Assembly (NCBI RefSeq): GCF_011745625.1
Contig: NW_027191473.1
Location: 1 to 64,000 of the forward strand
Length of the DNA: 64,000 nucleotides
Reading direction: 5' to 3'
Origin: Cladosporium halotolerans
Taxonomy: Eukaryota
The number at the start of each line of letters is the position of its first letter. The stretch's first letter is position 1. Made by a program: the position numbers and the translations under genes. Positions 21,197-33,200 of this stretch are shown one piece after another. The notes beneath the pieces were generated by a model that did not search any database, had not been told where the DNA came from, and saw only the letters and a program-made list of their open reading frames with translations.

Positions 21197-23126
21197 ATGC
21201 TTCCAGTCAATAGGATTCCACGGATTCATCTTGCAGCGCAGCCTGCGAACGACTTTGTCGACAATCGGTTGAGCGCTGTCGACTCTGTTTTTGCTATATG
21301 CGCTGGCAATCCAAGCAGCAAACTGCAGACACAGACGGTCACGGCAGATAATGGCTCAACTGGTGAGCCAAATGAGACGATCCTAGTGTCTGATGTTGCT
21401 CTCAGCGATCAGTCGCAGCAATTCCTCTCAGCTGTCGCAGCATATGAGCAAAGCCGCCACGGCAAGGGTAGCAAAGCCTTGGAGCTTGTTAATTCCAGTT
21501 CCTGGTCTGATGTACTTACTCAGGTTGAGCGTGTGCAGAGACAATACGAGGGCGCTGTCAAGACTGGCTTTCTGGGTAGTTTGCGTGGACGCTTGCGGAG
21601 CTTCGGAGAATGCAAGGCTCCAGTCGAGGCATGGCTCAAGCTTCTACCGTCTCAGTCGTGGCAAGGTTCTTTGGTGTGTGGAGGGGTGATGATTGTGGTC
21701 AACGTAAGCATGAAGTGTTCCATCTTGACGGACGAGGCGCGAAGTGTCCCTGATAAGCAACTGACTGTTTCAGGCTGCTGCCCGCCTTGGCGCCATCAGA
21801 GACGATGTTTGCGACGCGCTAGAGAGCATACCGGAGTCAATCGATAGCGTGCAGAAACTGGGAGACGTATATGCCGGTGCAGGATTCCTTCAGCTGCGTG
21901 CCAGCGCCATGTTTGTTGCAGTGCTTGGACTCTTGGAGCACGTCATCAAATGGTATACGGAAAATCCTGTACGGAAGGCTTTGAAGGCTGTTGCGCTTGG
22001 CGACGCCTATGGCAAGGAGCTCAAAAATCGCATTGATAGGATGTCAAAGTTGAGAGTCGAAGTGGAGCGGCAGGCAAGCGTCGCAGGTCATGTTCAAATG
22101 AATCAAAACATTCGACTAAGCCAGGAAATAAACAAGGGCGTCTTGATCTTACTGGAGGATCACCAGAGGAACTCTGAATACCAGAGGGGTGAGTCCTTCC
22201 ATTGAAAAACTTTACGGCTCATCTTCTCATCTGACCGTAGCTCTGGACGACCTTCGGGCGCGGCTGAGAGAAGCTGAAATTAGAGAGCAAAGGCAGAATG
22301 CCCGGATCTCTTGTAAGTCTTGTCACCAGCTTCCTGTCGATCAAGACTGACTGCTCAGATCTCATGCTACGCCTTCTGAATTACCGTCCATCTGACGCCT
22401 TGCGAGACCTCATGTGTGCGTTTAGCGATAGTTTCTAGTGAAACAGAGTACCAGGAAAGGGCCGCATGGACGTTGCAATCGCCCATTACCGCCGCATGGC
22501 TAGACAGCCCGCGGTCAAAGCTTCTCATCGTAAACAGCGAAGAGGACGATCACGACTCACAATCGGCGGTATCATTCTTCGCGAGCATGCTCGTCCGCGC
22601 GCTTGATGCCGCAAAGCCCGCAATTGTTCTTTACTGGTTTTGCAGCCAGCGCAGGAATGATTCGGTTTATTCGATGTTGAAGAGTCTTCTTTGTCAAATT
22701 CTCGACAATTTCAACGACCTCGAGGCGCCAGGGGATCTCAGCAATGATACGCACATAAGCATCGGACGCATGGCCAGTGTCTTCATCCGTTGCCTTGAGG
22801 TTCAGATGCGGTCGACATCGGTTTTTATACTGATTGACTCGCTCTCATACTATGAGAGCAGCGACAGGGTGCGAGACACTTGCTGGCTCCTCGATCGGAT
22901 TGCAGCTGTTGCCAGCTCTCAGCCACATTCCAGCGGTCACACTTTAAAAGTTTTGGTGACGAGCCCGACCAGGTTCTCAAGGCTGGGCCAAACACTCGAC
23001 CGACGATCCACGATGCTGCTGAGCGTGCCGGATATCATTAGTGGCAACAGTGCGGACCTTGATGACAGGAGGCTTATCCAGGCTGCTAGAATTCGACTCT
23101 TATCTCCACGCGAGGAGTATAGATGA
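21197..23126 (+). CDS. NACHT-like protein with degenerate P-loop and no C-terminal repeats; probable frameshift at ~22415
   Basis: Exons 21197-21703, 21774-22188, 22241-22312 and 22359(or 22426)-23126. N-terminal helical region (SWSDVL, WLKLLPS, LVCGG), then AWLDSPRSKLLIVN (no GKS/T), LYWFC, MLKSLLCQIL, VFILIDSLSYYE (Walker-B-like), LKVLVTSP. Confidence 0.72.
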
Positions 23127-24496
23127 GGCGGCGTTTTAGTGAATGTATTCGCCATGTGGACGCATTTGGCCAAGGTTCCTCAGATTGGGTCCTTTGAAGC
23201 ATTATGAATGCCGAAACGCCATTACAAACAGATTTCCCATTCGGGTGGCGTCATCGTCTGTGCTGTTGGCCGCATCTGCTTGCTCTGTGCACTCGTTTGC
23301 AGCTCCCAGATGATGCACTCCATGTGTTGAGTTGAAGAGTATTGAACCGGAATGGCGGACCTCGTGTCCGGGTGGTGGAATCTTCGCGCAGTTCCGGCGA
23401 CATCCCGCGTGGGGCTGTTCCCGTCCACACCGTAACAATATCTTTGGCCAGCCAGCGATGATGCCGACCTCATGAAGCACACCAGCAATCTAGATTGCTT
23501 CCACGGGAGACAACCACATTCACAGCGTCGCGGGATATATCGAGAACTGGTCTCGCTGGAGCCATCACGTGGATCGGATCTTGGCGGTCGTTTAGCGTCC
23601 ACTGGCGTTTCAGCTAGAGCATGGCTTGACGACGCTGCAGGGGGCGACTGGGGGGCGACTGGGGGTCTAGTGCACATGTAAAACGCCAGTGGCCATTTCG
23701 AGAGATTGCAACTAATCAGCTGCCGCGCTCTTGCTCTTCGCATCTCCACAGCAGAAGGCTGCCGGGTTGCTTGATTGTCTGCAGGGCTTTTCAGCGGCGA
23801 CCCCAGCAATATTAATCTCGCGCAGCGCCGAAATGATGCAAAGCCGCGCTGCATGCCGGGTACGGGCCTGTCGATGAATATTACGTGAGAGCGTGTGAAT
23901 GGTCGGCGCTTGCAGCGCGAATTGCATGGTTTCATTCGAAGCAACCGAGTTGGCCATCTGGGTCCCGGCCGTGTCCGCTCATGCCGGTGTGTTCCCTGTT
24001 CCCTGGGCCCTCGCGTATCGATGACCCTGCTCATATTTGGTAGTCAGCCGGGCAAGGGCATGCGCTGGCGGAGTTGTGGAGGTTTGAAGACAACGGCCGC
24101 CGCTCGTGCGTTCTCTCTTCACGTTTCACGCTTGCTGTAACGCAGTGTGGCAGTCTGCGACTCTGACTTTGGACGGCAATTGCTTTACTGGAGAGAGAGC
24201 GTGTCACCTGTGTTTCGTATGTCTCTTGTCGCTCCTTTGATAGTACTGTCGACTCTTCCTCTTGATCAGACGTCTCTGGCCTTATGGATTCCGGTTCCAA
24301 TATAGCCGTATTGTACAACGCCGCAACAGGACTCACGACCCGACGCCACATCTTTCCTTGAAACGAGATCGCGGGACAGATCAACCATATATCCATCTGC
24401 CAGGATAGGAGACGCCCGGAGCGTATAACACACTGCCTGGTGCATCTCGTACGACCCAGCTCGTCGTCGCATACATCACAAGCGCCCCAGGTTACG

Positions 24497-26245
24497 ATGG
24501 GTTTTCTTGAGCGCGCTAGATCGCAACGCGGCAGACATCAACGGGCACGGAGCAGCAGAATAGAAGATCACAGTCTTCAAGGCCAGCCCACACAATTGAA
24601 GCGCTCTGCTACGAGAGTGAAGCGCAAGTCAATCTTCCCTGGCCTCTCGTCCAACAGCACCGTTTCCACCACTTGTGAAGCATCTCAGCCCAAGTCCAAA
24701 AGTGCTCGCGCCAGCATAAACCACACGAACCCCGAAGAGAAGGCCGTTCCTAAGGAGCAGCAGGTAGTCGAAACTTCTAGAATGCATTTCCAAGCTGGAA
24801 ACGAGAGCTTTAGGTTCCCGTCTCCCGCTCTAGTCAACGACAACCCAAAAGGAACGCCATTGTCCTCAATCACGCCATTACCACCGATACGCAACAACAG
24901 CTCGAATTGCCTGTCAGCCTTACCCCAGGCTCCCTCCAAGACATTGCCACCGGCTTGGGGTCGCTCGGTCACTGATCCGGTTCTGAGCACAAAACCGCAA
25001 CCGGTCTTGACTGCACAAGCGCAGACTTGGGAGCCTCAACAGGATGAGAAGCCAGCGCCACAAATCCGGAAGCAAAGGTCCGCTTGGAAAAGCCTTGGGG
25101 GTCTGTTCAAAGGCAAGCAATCCAGGCCACCTATTCCGGAACCATTCTACCAAGTCCAGCCGTCGTCGAATGATAGTTCAGCAACTTCTTCACGGAAGGT
25201 CGGCGTACTAGATTCACCGCTACCCTCGCCAGCACGCATCGAAAATAGGCCTACGCGTGTCGACTCTGGTCACTCCTCGCCTGGAGGTTCTGACGGAAAG
25301 CGAGTGAAGAGTCAATCCAGGCCACCGCGTGTGGATTCGCTGCCAGGGGCTAGTCGGAGGCCATCCGAGAAATCTCTCAGTCTTGCACATCAGAATGAAG
25401 GTACTGAGGTCGAGGATCCTCAAAAGACGCCCAAGCTAGATATCGACATTCCGGGCGGAGCGTTCGACCGCTACAGCGTTATGTTCGAGAAGCTGCTGGA
25501 GCCAAGAGTATCCCTTCTTGAGCGGAGACAAAGCAAGCGCATGCAATTGAATCCTGGGAAAGTTGACGACAAGAGTCGCGACCTGGCGGACGTTCCAGCG
25601 CAATCATCCATCGGTCTTCAACGCAGCTTGACCTCGCCCAGCTTGAATAGGATGCCTTCACTTACGATCCGTGTTCACAACAGCAACCGCGCCGACCACC
25701 CAAAGGATCAGTACAATGGGCCCATAGCGCATCGTCCTCGCCCACCGAAGCGAGCAATGACCACACCGAGAGCCGCGCAGTCGCCTTTGTCAGCACTGGC
25801 AAAAGGCGTCACACCCGTCACAGCAAGACCGATCACCATCATCAAACCCGCGGCAGTGACGACTAATTCCTCGCCTGCGTCTCCTTCATCGTTCGTGAGC
25901 GAAAACTCACTCCCACCAACGCCGACCACTGCGACCTCTCTCGCCTCTTCCGTCGGAACCACAGTCTTCGGTCCTTCACCGCCTAAGGCAAAGACCGTCT
26001 CGCCTCCGCCTCCTATTCCCACCCGCTCTAGCGACCGACCTCCTATGCCTCGCAACCCGCCGGCCGGCACGGAATCATTCAACCGCCAAATAGTGCAAGT
26101 CAGCGTCGCCCGGCAGGTCAGCGTTTCCAGAGCTCGGAGACGGGTAGCCGACGCAGTCGAAGTGAAGCAACCTTTGCGCCCCCGAGTGGTCGACCTCACC
26201 AAGAACAGGAAAAGCACGCTTGTAATGATTGAAGGCGGTGACTGA
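24497..26245 (+). CDS. Fungal hypothetical Ser/Pro-rich protein
   Basis: Long uninterrupted ORF from MGFLERARS with conserved-looking islands WKSLGGLFK, LDIDIPGGAFDRYSVMFEKLL, QVSVARQVSVSR, RKSTLVMIE. Confidence 0.75.
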   Translation: MGFLERARSQRGRHQRARSSRIEDHSLQGQPTQLKRSATRVKRKSIFPGLSSNSTVSTTCEASQPKSKSARASINHTNPEEKAVPKEQQVVETSRMHFQAGNESFRFPSPALVNDNPKGTPLSSITPLPPIRNNSSNCLSALPQAPSKTLPPAWGRSVTDPVLSTKPQPVLTAQAQTWEPQQDEKPAPQIRKQRSAWKSLGGLFKGKQSRPPIPEPFYQVQPSSNDSSATSSRKVGVLDSPLPSPARIENRPTRVDSGHSSPGGSDGKRVKSQSRPPRVDSLPGASRRPSEKSLSLAHQNEGTEVEDPQKTPKLDIDIPGGAFDRYSVMFEKLLEPRVSLLERRQSKRMQLNPGKVDDKSRDLADVPAQSSIGLQRSLTSPSLNRMPSLTIRVHNSNRADHPKDQYNGPIAHRPRPPKRAMTTPRAAQSPLSALAKGVTPVTARPITIIKPAAVTTNSSPASPSSFVSENSLPPTPTTATSLASSVGTTVFGPSPPKAKTVSPPPPIPTRSSDRPPMPRNPPAGTESFNRQIVQVSVARQVSVSRARRRVADAVEVKQPLRPRVVDLTKNRKSTLVMIEGGD

Positions 26246-26896
26246 AGCTCCACCCGCCATTTGCGAAAGCTGCTAGATCGAGCCCCTAGAGGGCCACCCG
26301 ACAGCATTTTCAACACCCGAGCACGCCCATATTTGAGGTGACAGGATACACCATAAAGCAAGCGCCTCCGCTCCTCATTTTCTTCTTTGTCACAAGACTT
26401 TTAGTGCAGGATATCCACTTTCTCTTTTTTTCATTGGCGCCTCGACGGCTAGGGCGGGCTCCAGACTTCTTTCGCATCTCGTTTTGTCTTGGTTTTTACT
26501 ATGTCAACTTTCGATCATGAGCATTTTTTTCCACATCTAGGCATTCGCGATCATAGCTTCTCACGTCAATTAGCAGCGGCCGGCGGGTGACGAGATTGAT
26601 ATCAGGCTAGAGCACTCCTTTCTTTACATTTGGCCAAGCATTTTCAAGGCCATCATAGTTTAGAGTATTTCAGATCTCTATTCCTCGAAAAAAAGAAACT
26701 TTGACGTACTACCTTCTTTCTAGACTACTAGTCACCCGGAAAGCCTAACATTTTGACTATTCTTGAGTACCTCGTAGTCTTTCAGGTTCCCAAGCCTTCG
26801 AACTTTCGGATGATTTGAGCAATTTTCGGAAGAGTCGCTGGCAGGTTGCCGCTAAAGATACAAAAACCGAAGATAAGCTAGTTTTCATACCGTTGC

Positions 26897-29161
26897 CTAA
26901 GAATAAACGTTCCCCAAATTATGCTCTTTGATGTAATCGCCTCCCTTCTCCGCCCACTCCGCCTTAGTGACAAACGCGCTGCGGCTCTGTTTCGTGGTCG
27001 CCCACTTGGCCGCTCCCTTCCAAGCATCCAGCACCGGGTTCTTCGCCTTCCGCACGCCCAGCTGCATTTCCGCTGGCAAGACAGCGCGCAGCTCGGCCTG
27101 CAGGCGCTCCTCGAAGCCCTGAAACATGCTGTAGCCGCCCGTGATGAAGACGTCTTTCAGGATGTCGTCACGCGCGCTCGTACCGGACAGCCGCTGCATG
27201 AAGATGTCCTCGGCGATCTCGACTAGGCCCGCCTGGTCGACGCCAGCGATGGAGGGCTGGAAGACGACTTCCGGTACGCGGATGCGCTCGACATTCAGGT
27301 GGAATTGGTTCGATTCCTTTGCACTCTCCGGATCAAAAGGCCAGGGCCCGCGGGTGAAGGCGTGCACGAGGGATTTGGTCCAGTCGCGCTGGGCTTCTTG
27401 TGTGCTCTGCTCGGTGAAGTTGGGATCGTGGGCGAGGAGCTGGGCTTCGATGGCTTTGAGCTCTTTGCCCAGGTCCTCTTCTTCCTCATCTTCCTCGTCG
27501 TAGCCTTCCTTACCGACGGTGATTTCGCGGTAGACGTTCCACGCGTCTGCATCATCGCCGAAGTCTTCGTCGTCGTCCTTACCGCGACGGCGCTTGCGGC
27601 CGGGCTTCTCGTCGGCGGCGAGGGTTGTGAGGGTCTTCATGCGCTGTTGGGCAGCGTGCGATTTGCGGTTACCGAGGTCGACCTTCAGGCGTTCGCGGTC
27701 TTTGATCTTCTGGATAGTAGCATAGCGAGCTGCGCGTCGTTCAGCAATCCAACTCTCGGGGTCTTTCTCGCGCTTCTCATCATCAAGGCGTTGCAGCTCC
27801 GCTTGTCGAGCCTTCTCTGCTTCTTTCTCTGCTTTGGCACGGGCGCGAGCTTCGTGGTTTGCTTTGAGTAACTTTTGTTGGCGCTTGGCCTTGATGCCGT
27901 CCTCGTCGAGCTCTTCGTCTGGAATTTCGAGGAGAGGGTATGTGGGCGCCTCAGCCTGCTCCTCCTCCAAGTCACCGACGTCCTTGTTTCTTTGCTTGCG
28001 AATGGACTTCTCCATCTCCTTGATCTTGCGGTCAAGCGCCGCCTCGTCTTTGAAGTCGTCGTCTTCGTCCAGAATCGCACGGGCTTCCTTTTTTGTGGGC
28101 GCCTCGCTGATGCGCATCTGGAAATCCTTCAAGTACTCGAGCTCCTCTTCTTTCTTGATGAGCTTGTCGAGACGCATCTTTGCTGCCTGTTCTTGCAGTC
28201 TGCGGCCGCCCTCCCTTCGCTTCTCTTCCGCCCGTTTGATTTCTTCCTCAGTCTTCTGCACGACCTCTTTCTCCTGAAATGGCAGCTGCACGATGTGATC
28301 CCGGTCCTCCAAACCACTCCAATCCAGCATTTGCACCATCTCGCGGTCGTAGTCGCTCGATATATGGCAGTGTTGTTGTAGGAGATCCTCCAGCTGTGTG
28401 TCCGTGACCTTTCCAGTAGTGAGTAGCCCAGGATATTTTGCTTTCAGAAGCGACTTCATGTACTCCACACAGTGGCTCCGTCCCCAGTCCAGTCTCGTCG
28501 CATGTGAGATGAGAGGTTGCTGGTTGACCACCGGAATCAGATGCGTGCTCATATATGCACTCGACACCACAAGGCCGGTCGAGCCTTTATTGTAGTTGTA
28601 GCTGAACAGGGAGTCCACTCCATACGCCGCGCTCGGCACACCGTACAGTTCGAACAGGATCTCGTTCATCACTCTTCGCGAATAGCCCAGGTTCGCAAGC
28701 GGCTCGGTCATCACGACCGGCCTGTCCACATTGCCGTTGCGACCATCGATCCCAAGCTTGCAGAAGACGTAGTCCAGTACACCCTCTTGCGCATCCCAGT
28801 TGTTCACGATGTTGCTTCCAGGCTCGTATATGTTCTTCGACTGCCCGCGCGCTGTCCCGTCAAAGTAGATCTCGGATCCGATGAACATGAGCTTGCGATT
28901 TAGCTTGCGATCCGTGTATCGCGCCATGAGCGGCGGCATCTGCAGCCGCGGAGTGGCATCGTGTTGCCAGCCTGCGCGGACGGCGGAGCTGCCATTGTCG
29001 ATTACGATGGCAGTGTCGGAGGAGCTTTGCTTGTATTCGGTGGTGTCTGTGGGCAATTGGCCGCGATAGGGCGGATCGCTGAGGCCTGTGATATTGGTGG
29101 GCGGTGGTTTTGGCGTGTTGCGGCCGGACGGCGTCGTGATGGGCACGGTATAGTGAGGCAT
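26897..29161 (-). CDS. ARP5: INO80 complex actin-related protein 5
   Basis: AIVIDNGSSAVRAGW, RLQEQAAKMRLDKL, DLGNRKSHAAQQRMK, HLNVERIRVPEVVFQP, YIKEHNLGN. Confidence 0.95.
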   Translation of the reverse strand: MPHYTVPITTPSGRNTPKPPPTNITGLSDPPYRGQLPTDTTEYKQSSSDTAIVIDNGSSAVRAGWQHDATPRLQMPPLMARYTDRKLNRKLMFIGSEIYFDGTARGQSKNIYEPGSNIVNNWDAQEGVLDYVFCKLGIDGRNGNVDRPVVMTEPLANLGYSRRVMNEILFELYGVPSAAYGVDSLFSYNYNKGSTGLVVSSAYMSTHLIPVVNQQPLISHATRLDWGRSHCVEYMKSLLKAKYPGLLTTGKVTDTQLEDLLQQHCHISSDYDREMVQMLDWSGLEDRDHIVQLPFQEKEVVQKTEEEIKRAEEKRREGGRRLQEQAAKMRLDKLIKKEEELEYLKDFQMRISEAPTKKEARAILDEDDDFKDEAALDRKIKEMEKSIRKQRNKDVGDLEEEQAEAPTYPLLEIPDEELDEDGIKAKRQQKLLKANHEARARAKAEKEAEKARQAELQRLDDEKREKDPESWIAERRAARYATIQKIKDRERLKVDLGNRKSHAAQQRMKTLTTLAADEKPGRKRRRGKDDDEDFGDDADAWNVYREITVGKEGYDEEDEEEEDLGKELKAIEAQLLAHDPNFTEQSTQEAQRDWTKSLVHAFTRGPWPFDPESAKESNQFHLNVERIRVPEVVFQPSIAGVDQAGLVEIAEDIFMQRLSGTSARDDILKDVFITGGYSMFQGFEERLQAELRAVLPAEMQLGVRKAKNPVLDAWKGAAKWATTKQSRSAFVTKAEWAEKGGDYIKEHNLGNVYS

Positions 29162-29534
29162 GGTGGTCGTATTGTTGACAGTCTTATATCATGGTGGTTT
29201 TGGAAGGGTACATGAGTAGTTACACGATGTTGGCAGTTGTGATGGCGGTCAAGATTCGGCGTGCGGGATGCTGCGTCGCATCGGCGGCGCAATCTTGCTC
29301 GTGAGCGCGGTCGCGAAGGTCCGTCACCTGCTGGCGCCGATCTGCCACCATCCATCGCCGAAAGCCAAACTGGGGTATAGGTGCACGGACCACTATCACG
29401 AACAATCCGAGCAAAACAAAACAGGAAATGCCCTTCACTGAACCCTCGATCAGAAGCCCAAATCCATGCAGACCGCTGCAGAGGTTCCCCAATATGTAAT
29501 CAAATGCGCATAGAGCCTTGTCCTCACAGCTTTT

Positions 29535-29983
29535 TCAGGCAGGCTCCTGAAGGCTGTCGGTAGCTGTCAAGATGTTAGAGGTATGACTCGGGCGGGATGA
29601 TTTCAGGGTAACTACTCGCCTTCGAGATGGAACAACACATTCGACTGGTAGTTCTTGAACATTTGCGCCACCAGCTCGACGTTCATATTTTGCACATTGA
29701 TCTCCTGCCATGATCGGTAAGCCTGGAATTCGAAGCCAATGCTGGCAAGAATAATACGTACCTGGAGGCTTTTGTTTAAGACCATCACAGCTTCATTCAG
29801 CTTTTCCTGTGAGAGCATAGATCAACACTTGAAGAGACATAGTTGGTGAAGGAACATCATGCATACAACATTTGTGATAATTCGCGACAGCAGCTGGCTT
29901 TGCTGATGCTCGTGAGGGCTCTCCTGTGGCCGAGGATTAGCAGTGTGACCTTCTTCAAAGATTGTTGAAATGATCCATACCAT
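29535..29983 (-). CDS. DAD4: DASH/Dam1 kinetochore complex subunit Dad4 (72 aa, 5 exons)
   Basis: Exons 29983-29981, 29923-29867, 29806-29762, 29704-29620 and 29563-29535 give [72 protein letters not shown]. The last intron is GC-AG. Confidence 0.93.
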
Positions 29984-30259
29984 TTTCCCTTGCGGCGCTT
30001 TGCGATGATTGAAACAATAATACTGCGAAAGACTCGACAGTCACACACAGCCGTCCGTTGTCGCGTCGGCTTTCGAGGTTGAACGCGATTCCCCCGCGCT
30101 ATTGTAATCAATCAGATAAGATAAGCCTGCCGAAAGTCAGCTCGTCATTCGCATCGCCCTAGTGCCTGAAGTGGAGTGCGGTGTCTCCAACATTTATTTG
30201 ATTCAAGAGGCGCTCCTCGTCGCTTCCAGTTGGACAATCTGCACCATATTTGCCACAGG

Positions 30260-33200
30260 ATGTCGCCTTCAGCAGATACGGCGGCCTCACAGTGGCTCGA
30301 GCAGCTCGCTGCCATGCGAGCTGCTATCGCTGAGCTGAAACTACCACAAACGAACGGCGATGCGAAAGATGTCCCTGGCGAACAAGATTACGGCTTGGAC
30401 GATGAAGACCTTTCGCCGGCTAGTGGGAGCGACGATATCTGGGACCTTATCAGCGACGAGGACGACTACGACTTCAGCGACGATAGTCTGGAGCCACCGC
30501 CAACATTCCAACAGGAAGATTTTGGGGAACCTACAGCCGCGATCGGCACAAAGGGTTGGCTAAGAGATTGCTGTGTGGATGTCTCGAGCAGAGGAAGTGG
30601 TTTGGACGCGGACACTTTGGAGCAACAAATCACGGCCGTGCTCGCGTCCGACAGCAGCGACGAGGAGCTACAGATGACGCTGGCGGACATTCTTGGCTTC
30701 GACGAGCTTGACCTGGTCTCGAATGTGATTCAACACCGGAAGAAGATTCTTTCCGACAGCAGCAAGCCTTCATCGGGCCTACTGTCCAAGGCGGAGCGAG
30801 ATGAGCGGCTGCGGCAGCAAGACCTCGAGCACAAGAGCGCGCCACTTGCCGCTACTCAGATTCGATCAGGGTCTGAGTATCCACACGTCTACAAGGCGCA
30901 CGACGCTGGAAACACATTGTCCTCTCATGGGAGGAAATATGCTCTACCAGTGGGCAGCGAGCGCATAGAAAGGGAGAAGTATGAAGAGTATTCCATCCCT
31001 GCCGCAAAGGTAGGCACACTGGGACGCCACCAAAAGCTGGTGGAGATCAAAGACCTAGATGGCCTCTGCAGGGGTACTTTCAAAGGCTACAAGACTCTCA
31101 ACCGCATGCAAAGTCTCGTGCATCAAGTGGCGTACCACACCAGCGAAAACATGCTTATCTGTGCCCCAACTGGTGCAGGTAAGACGGATGCCGCTATGCT
31201 TACGATCTTGAACACCGTTGCAAAGAACATCCACCCGAACCCACTTGAGGAACCTGAAGCTACGGATTTTGCTGTTCACACGGAAGATTTCAAGATTGTG
31301 TATGTTGCACCGATGAAGGCACTGGCTGCCGAAGTGACGGAGAAGCTAGGCAAGAGGCTTGCGTGGTTGGGCATCCAAGTTCGAGAGTTGACTGGTGATA
31401 TGCACCTCACAAAGGCGGAGGTCATGGCTACTCAAATAATTGTCACTACACCTGAGAAGTGGGATGTGGTGACTCGCAAATCGACCGGAGACACAGAGCT
31501 CGTGCAGAAGGTCCGCTTGTTGATCATTGACGAGGTTCACATGCTGCACGACGGCCGTGGTGCCGTCCTCGAGTCCCTTGTCGCCCGTACTGAAAGACAG
31601 GTCGAAAGCACACAGTCGCTGATCCGCATTGTCGGACTTAGCGCCACTTTGCCAAACTATGTCGACGTTGCAGACTTTCTCAAGGTGAACCGCATGGCCG
31701 GCTTGTTCTACTTTGATCAGAGCTTCAGACCCGTGCCTCTTGAGCAGCATTTCGTCGGCGTCAAGGGCAAGGCCGGGTCGAAGACAAGCAGGGACAATCT
31801 CGACAAGGTTTGCTTTGAGAAAGTCAAGGACATGCTCGAGCAGGGCCACCAGATCATGGTGTTCGTCCATTCCCGCAAAGACACCGTCAAGACAGCACGT
31901 ACACTCTGGGAGATGGCGGCGGATGAGGGCTTGACTGACCTTTTCGACCCGTCTGGGCATGAGGAGTACACCAATGCGCTGCGTGACGTCAAGCAGTCCA
32001 AAGGCAAAGAGCTCAGAGAACTCATCCAGAAGGGCATGGGTACCCACCATGCTGGCATGCCGCGTTCCGATCGCAACATGGTCGAGAGAATGTTCGGTGA
32101 CGGTGTCCTCAAAGTACTGTGCTGTACAGCGACCCTAGCTTGGGGTGTCAACTTGCCTGCTGCAGCCGTCATTATCAAAGGCACGCAGCTGTACAGCTCC
32201 GAAGCTGGTAAATTCGTCGATGTCGGCATTCTTGATGTCCTGCAGATCTTCGGCCGTGCTGGTCGTCCTCAGTTTCAGGATACTGGTATCGGCATGATTT
32301 TGACAAGCCAGGACAAGCTGCAGCACTATTTGACCACCGTAACGCAACAGCAACCGATCGAGAGTCAGTTCAGTAAGAAGATGGTCGACAATCTGAACGC
32401 TGAGATCTCACTCGGCACCGTTACCAGCGTGCCCGAAGCCATTGCCTGGCTGGGTTACTCTTACCTCATTGTCCGCATGCGCAGGAACCCGATCGCTTAT
32501 GGCATCGACTGGGCCGAGATCAGAGACGATCCCATGTTGGTGCAGCGCCGACGTGAACTCATCATCAACGCTGCTCGTGTCTTGCAGAAGAGTCAAATGA
32601 TCATCTTCAATGAGACCACTGAGGAGCTCCGCGCAAAGGACGTTGGTAGAATCGCCAGTCAGTACTATATCCTCCAAACCAGTGTTGAGATCTTCAACAC
32701 TATGATGCGCCCTCGTGCTACTGAAGCAGACGTCCTGAAGATGATCTCCATGTCGGGTGAATTCGACAACATCACCTCACGAGAGACTGAAGAGAAGGAG
32801 CTCATGAACCTTAAGGAGGGATATGCTCCTTGCGACATTGACGGAGGTATCGGCACCCAGCAAGGCAAGACCAATGTGTTGCTGCAATCTTATATTAGCA
32901 AAGCGAGGCCCGAAGACTTCACATTGGTTTCGGATACGGCATACGTTGCTCAGAATGCTGCCAGAATCTGCCGTGCACTGTTCATGATCGCGCTTAATAG
33001 GCGCTGGGGATATCAGTGCCTGGTGCTTCTCAGCTTGTGCAAGAGTATTGAAAAGCGCGTATGGCCGTATGAGCATCCTTTCAACCAGTTCGACCTGCCG
33101 CAGGCTGTTCTTCGCAATCTGGACGAGAAAGCCTCCACGACAACCGTCGAGAGCATGCGCGACATGGAAGCAGCTGAGATTGGCGCCCTTGTGCACAATC

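Noticed and set aside
23202..24400. 270-aa ORF (23222-24034) and neighbours
   Set aside because: No recognisable domain or splice structure. Likely the promoter/leader of the gene at 24497.
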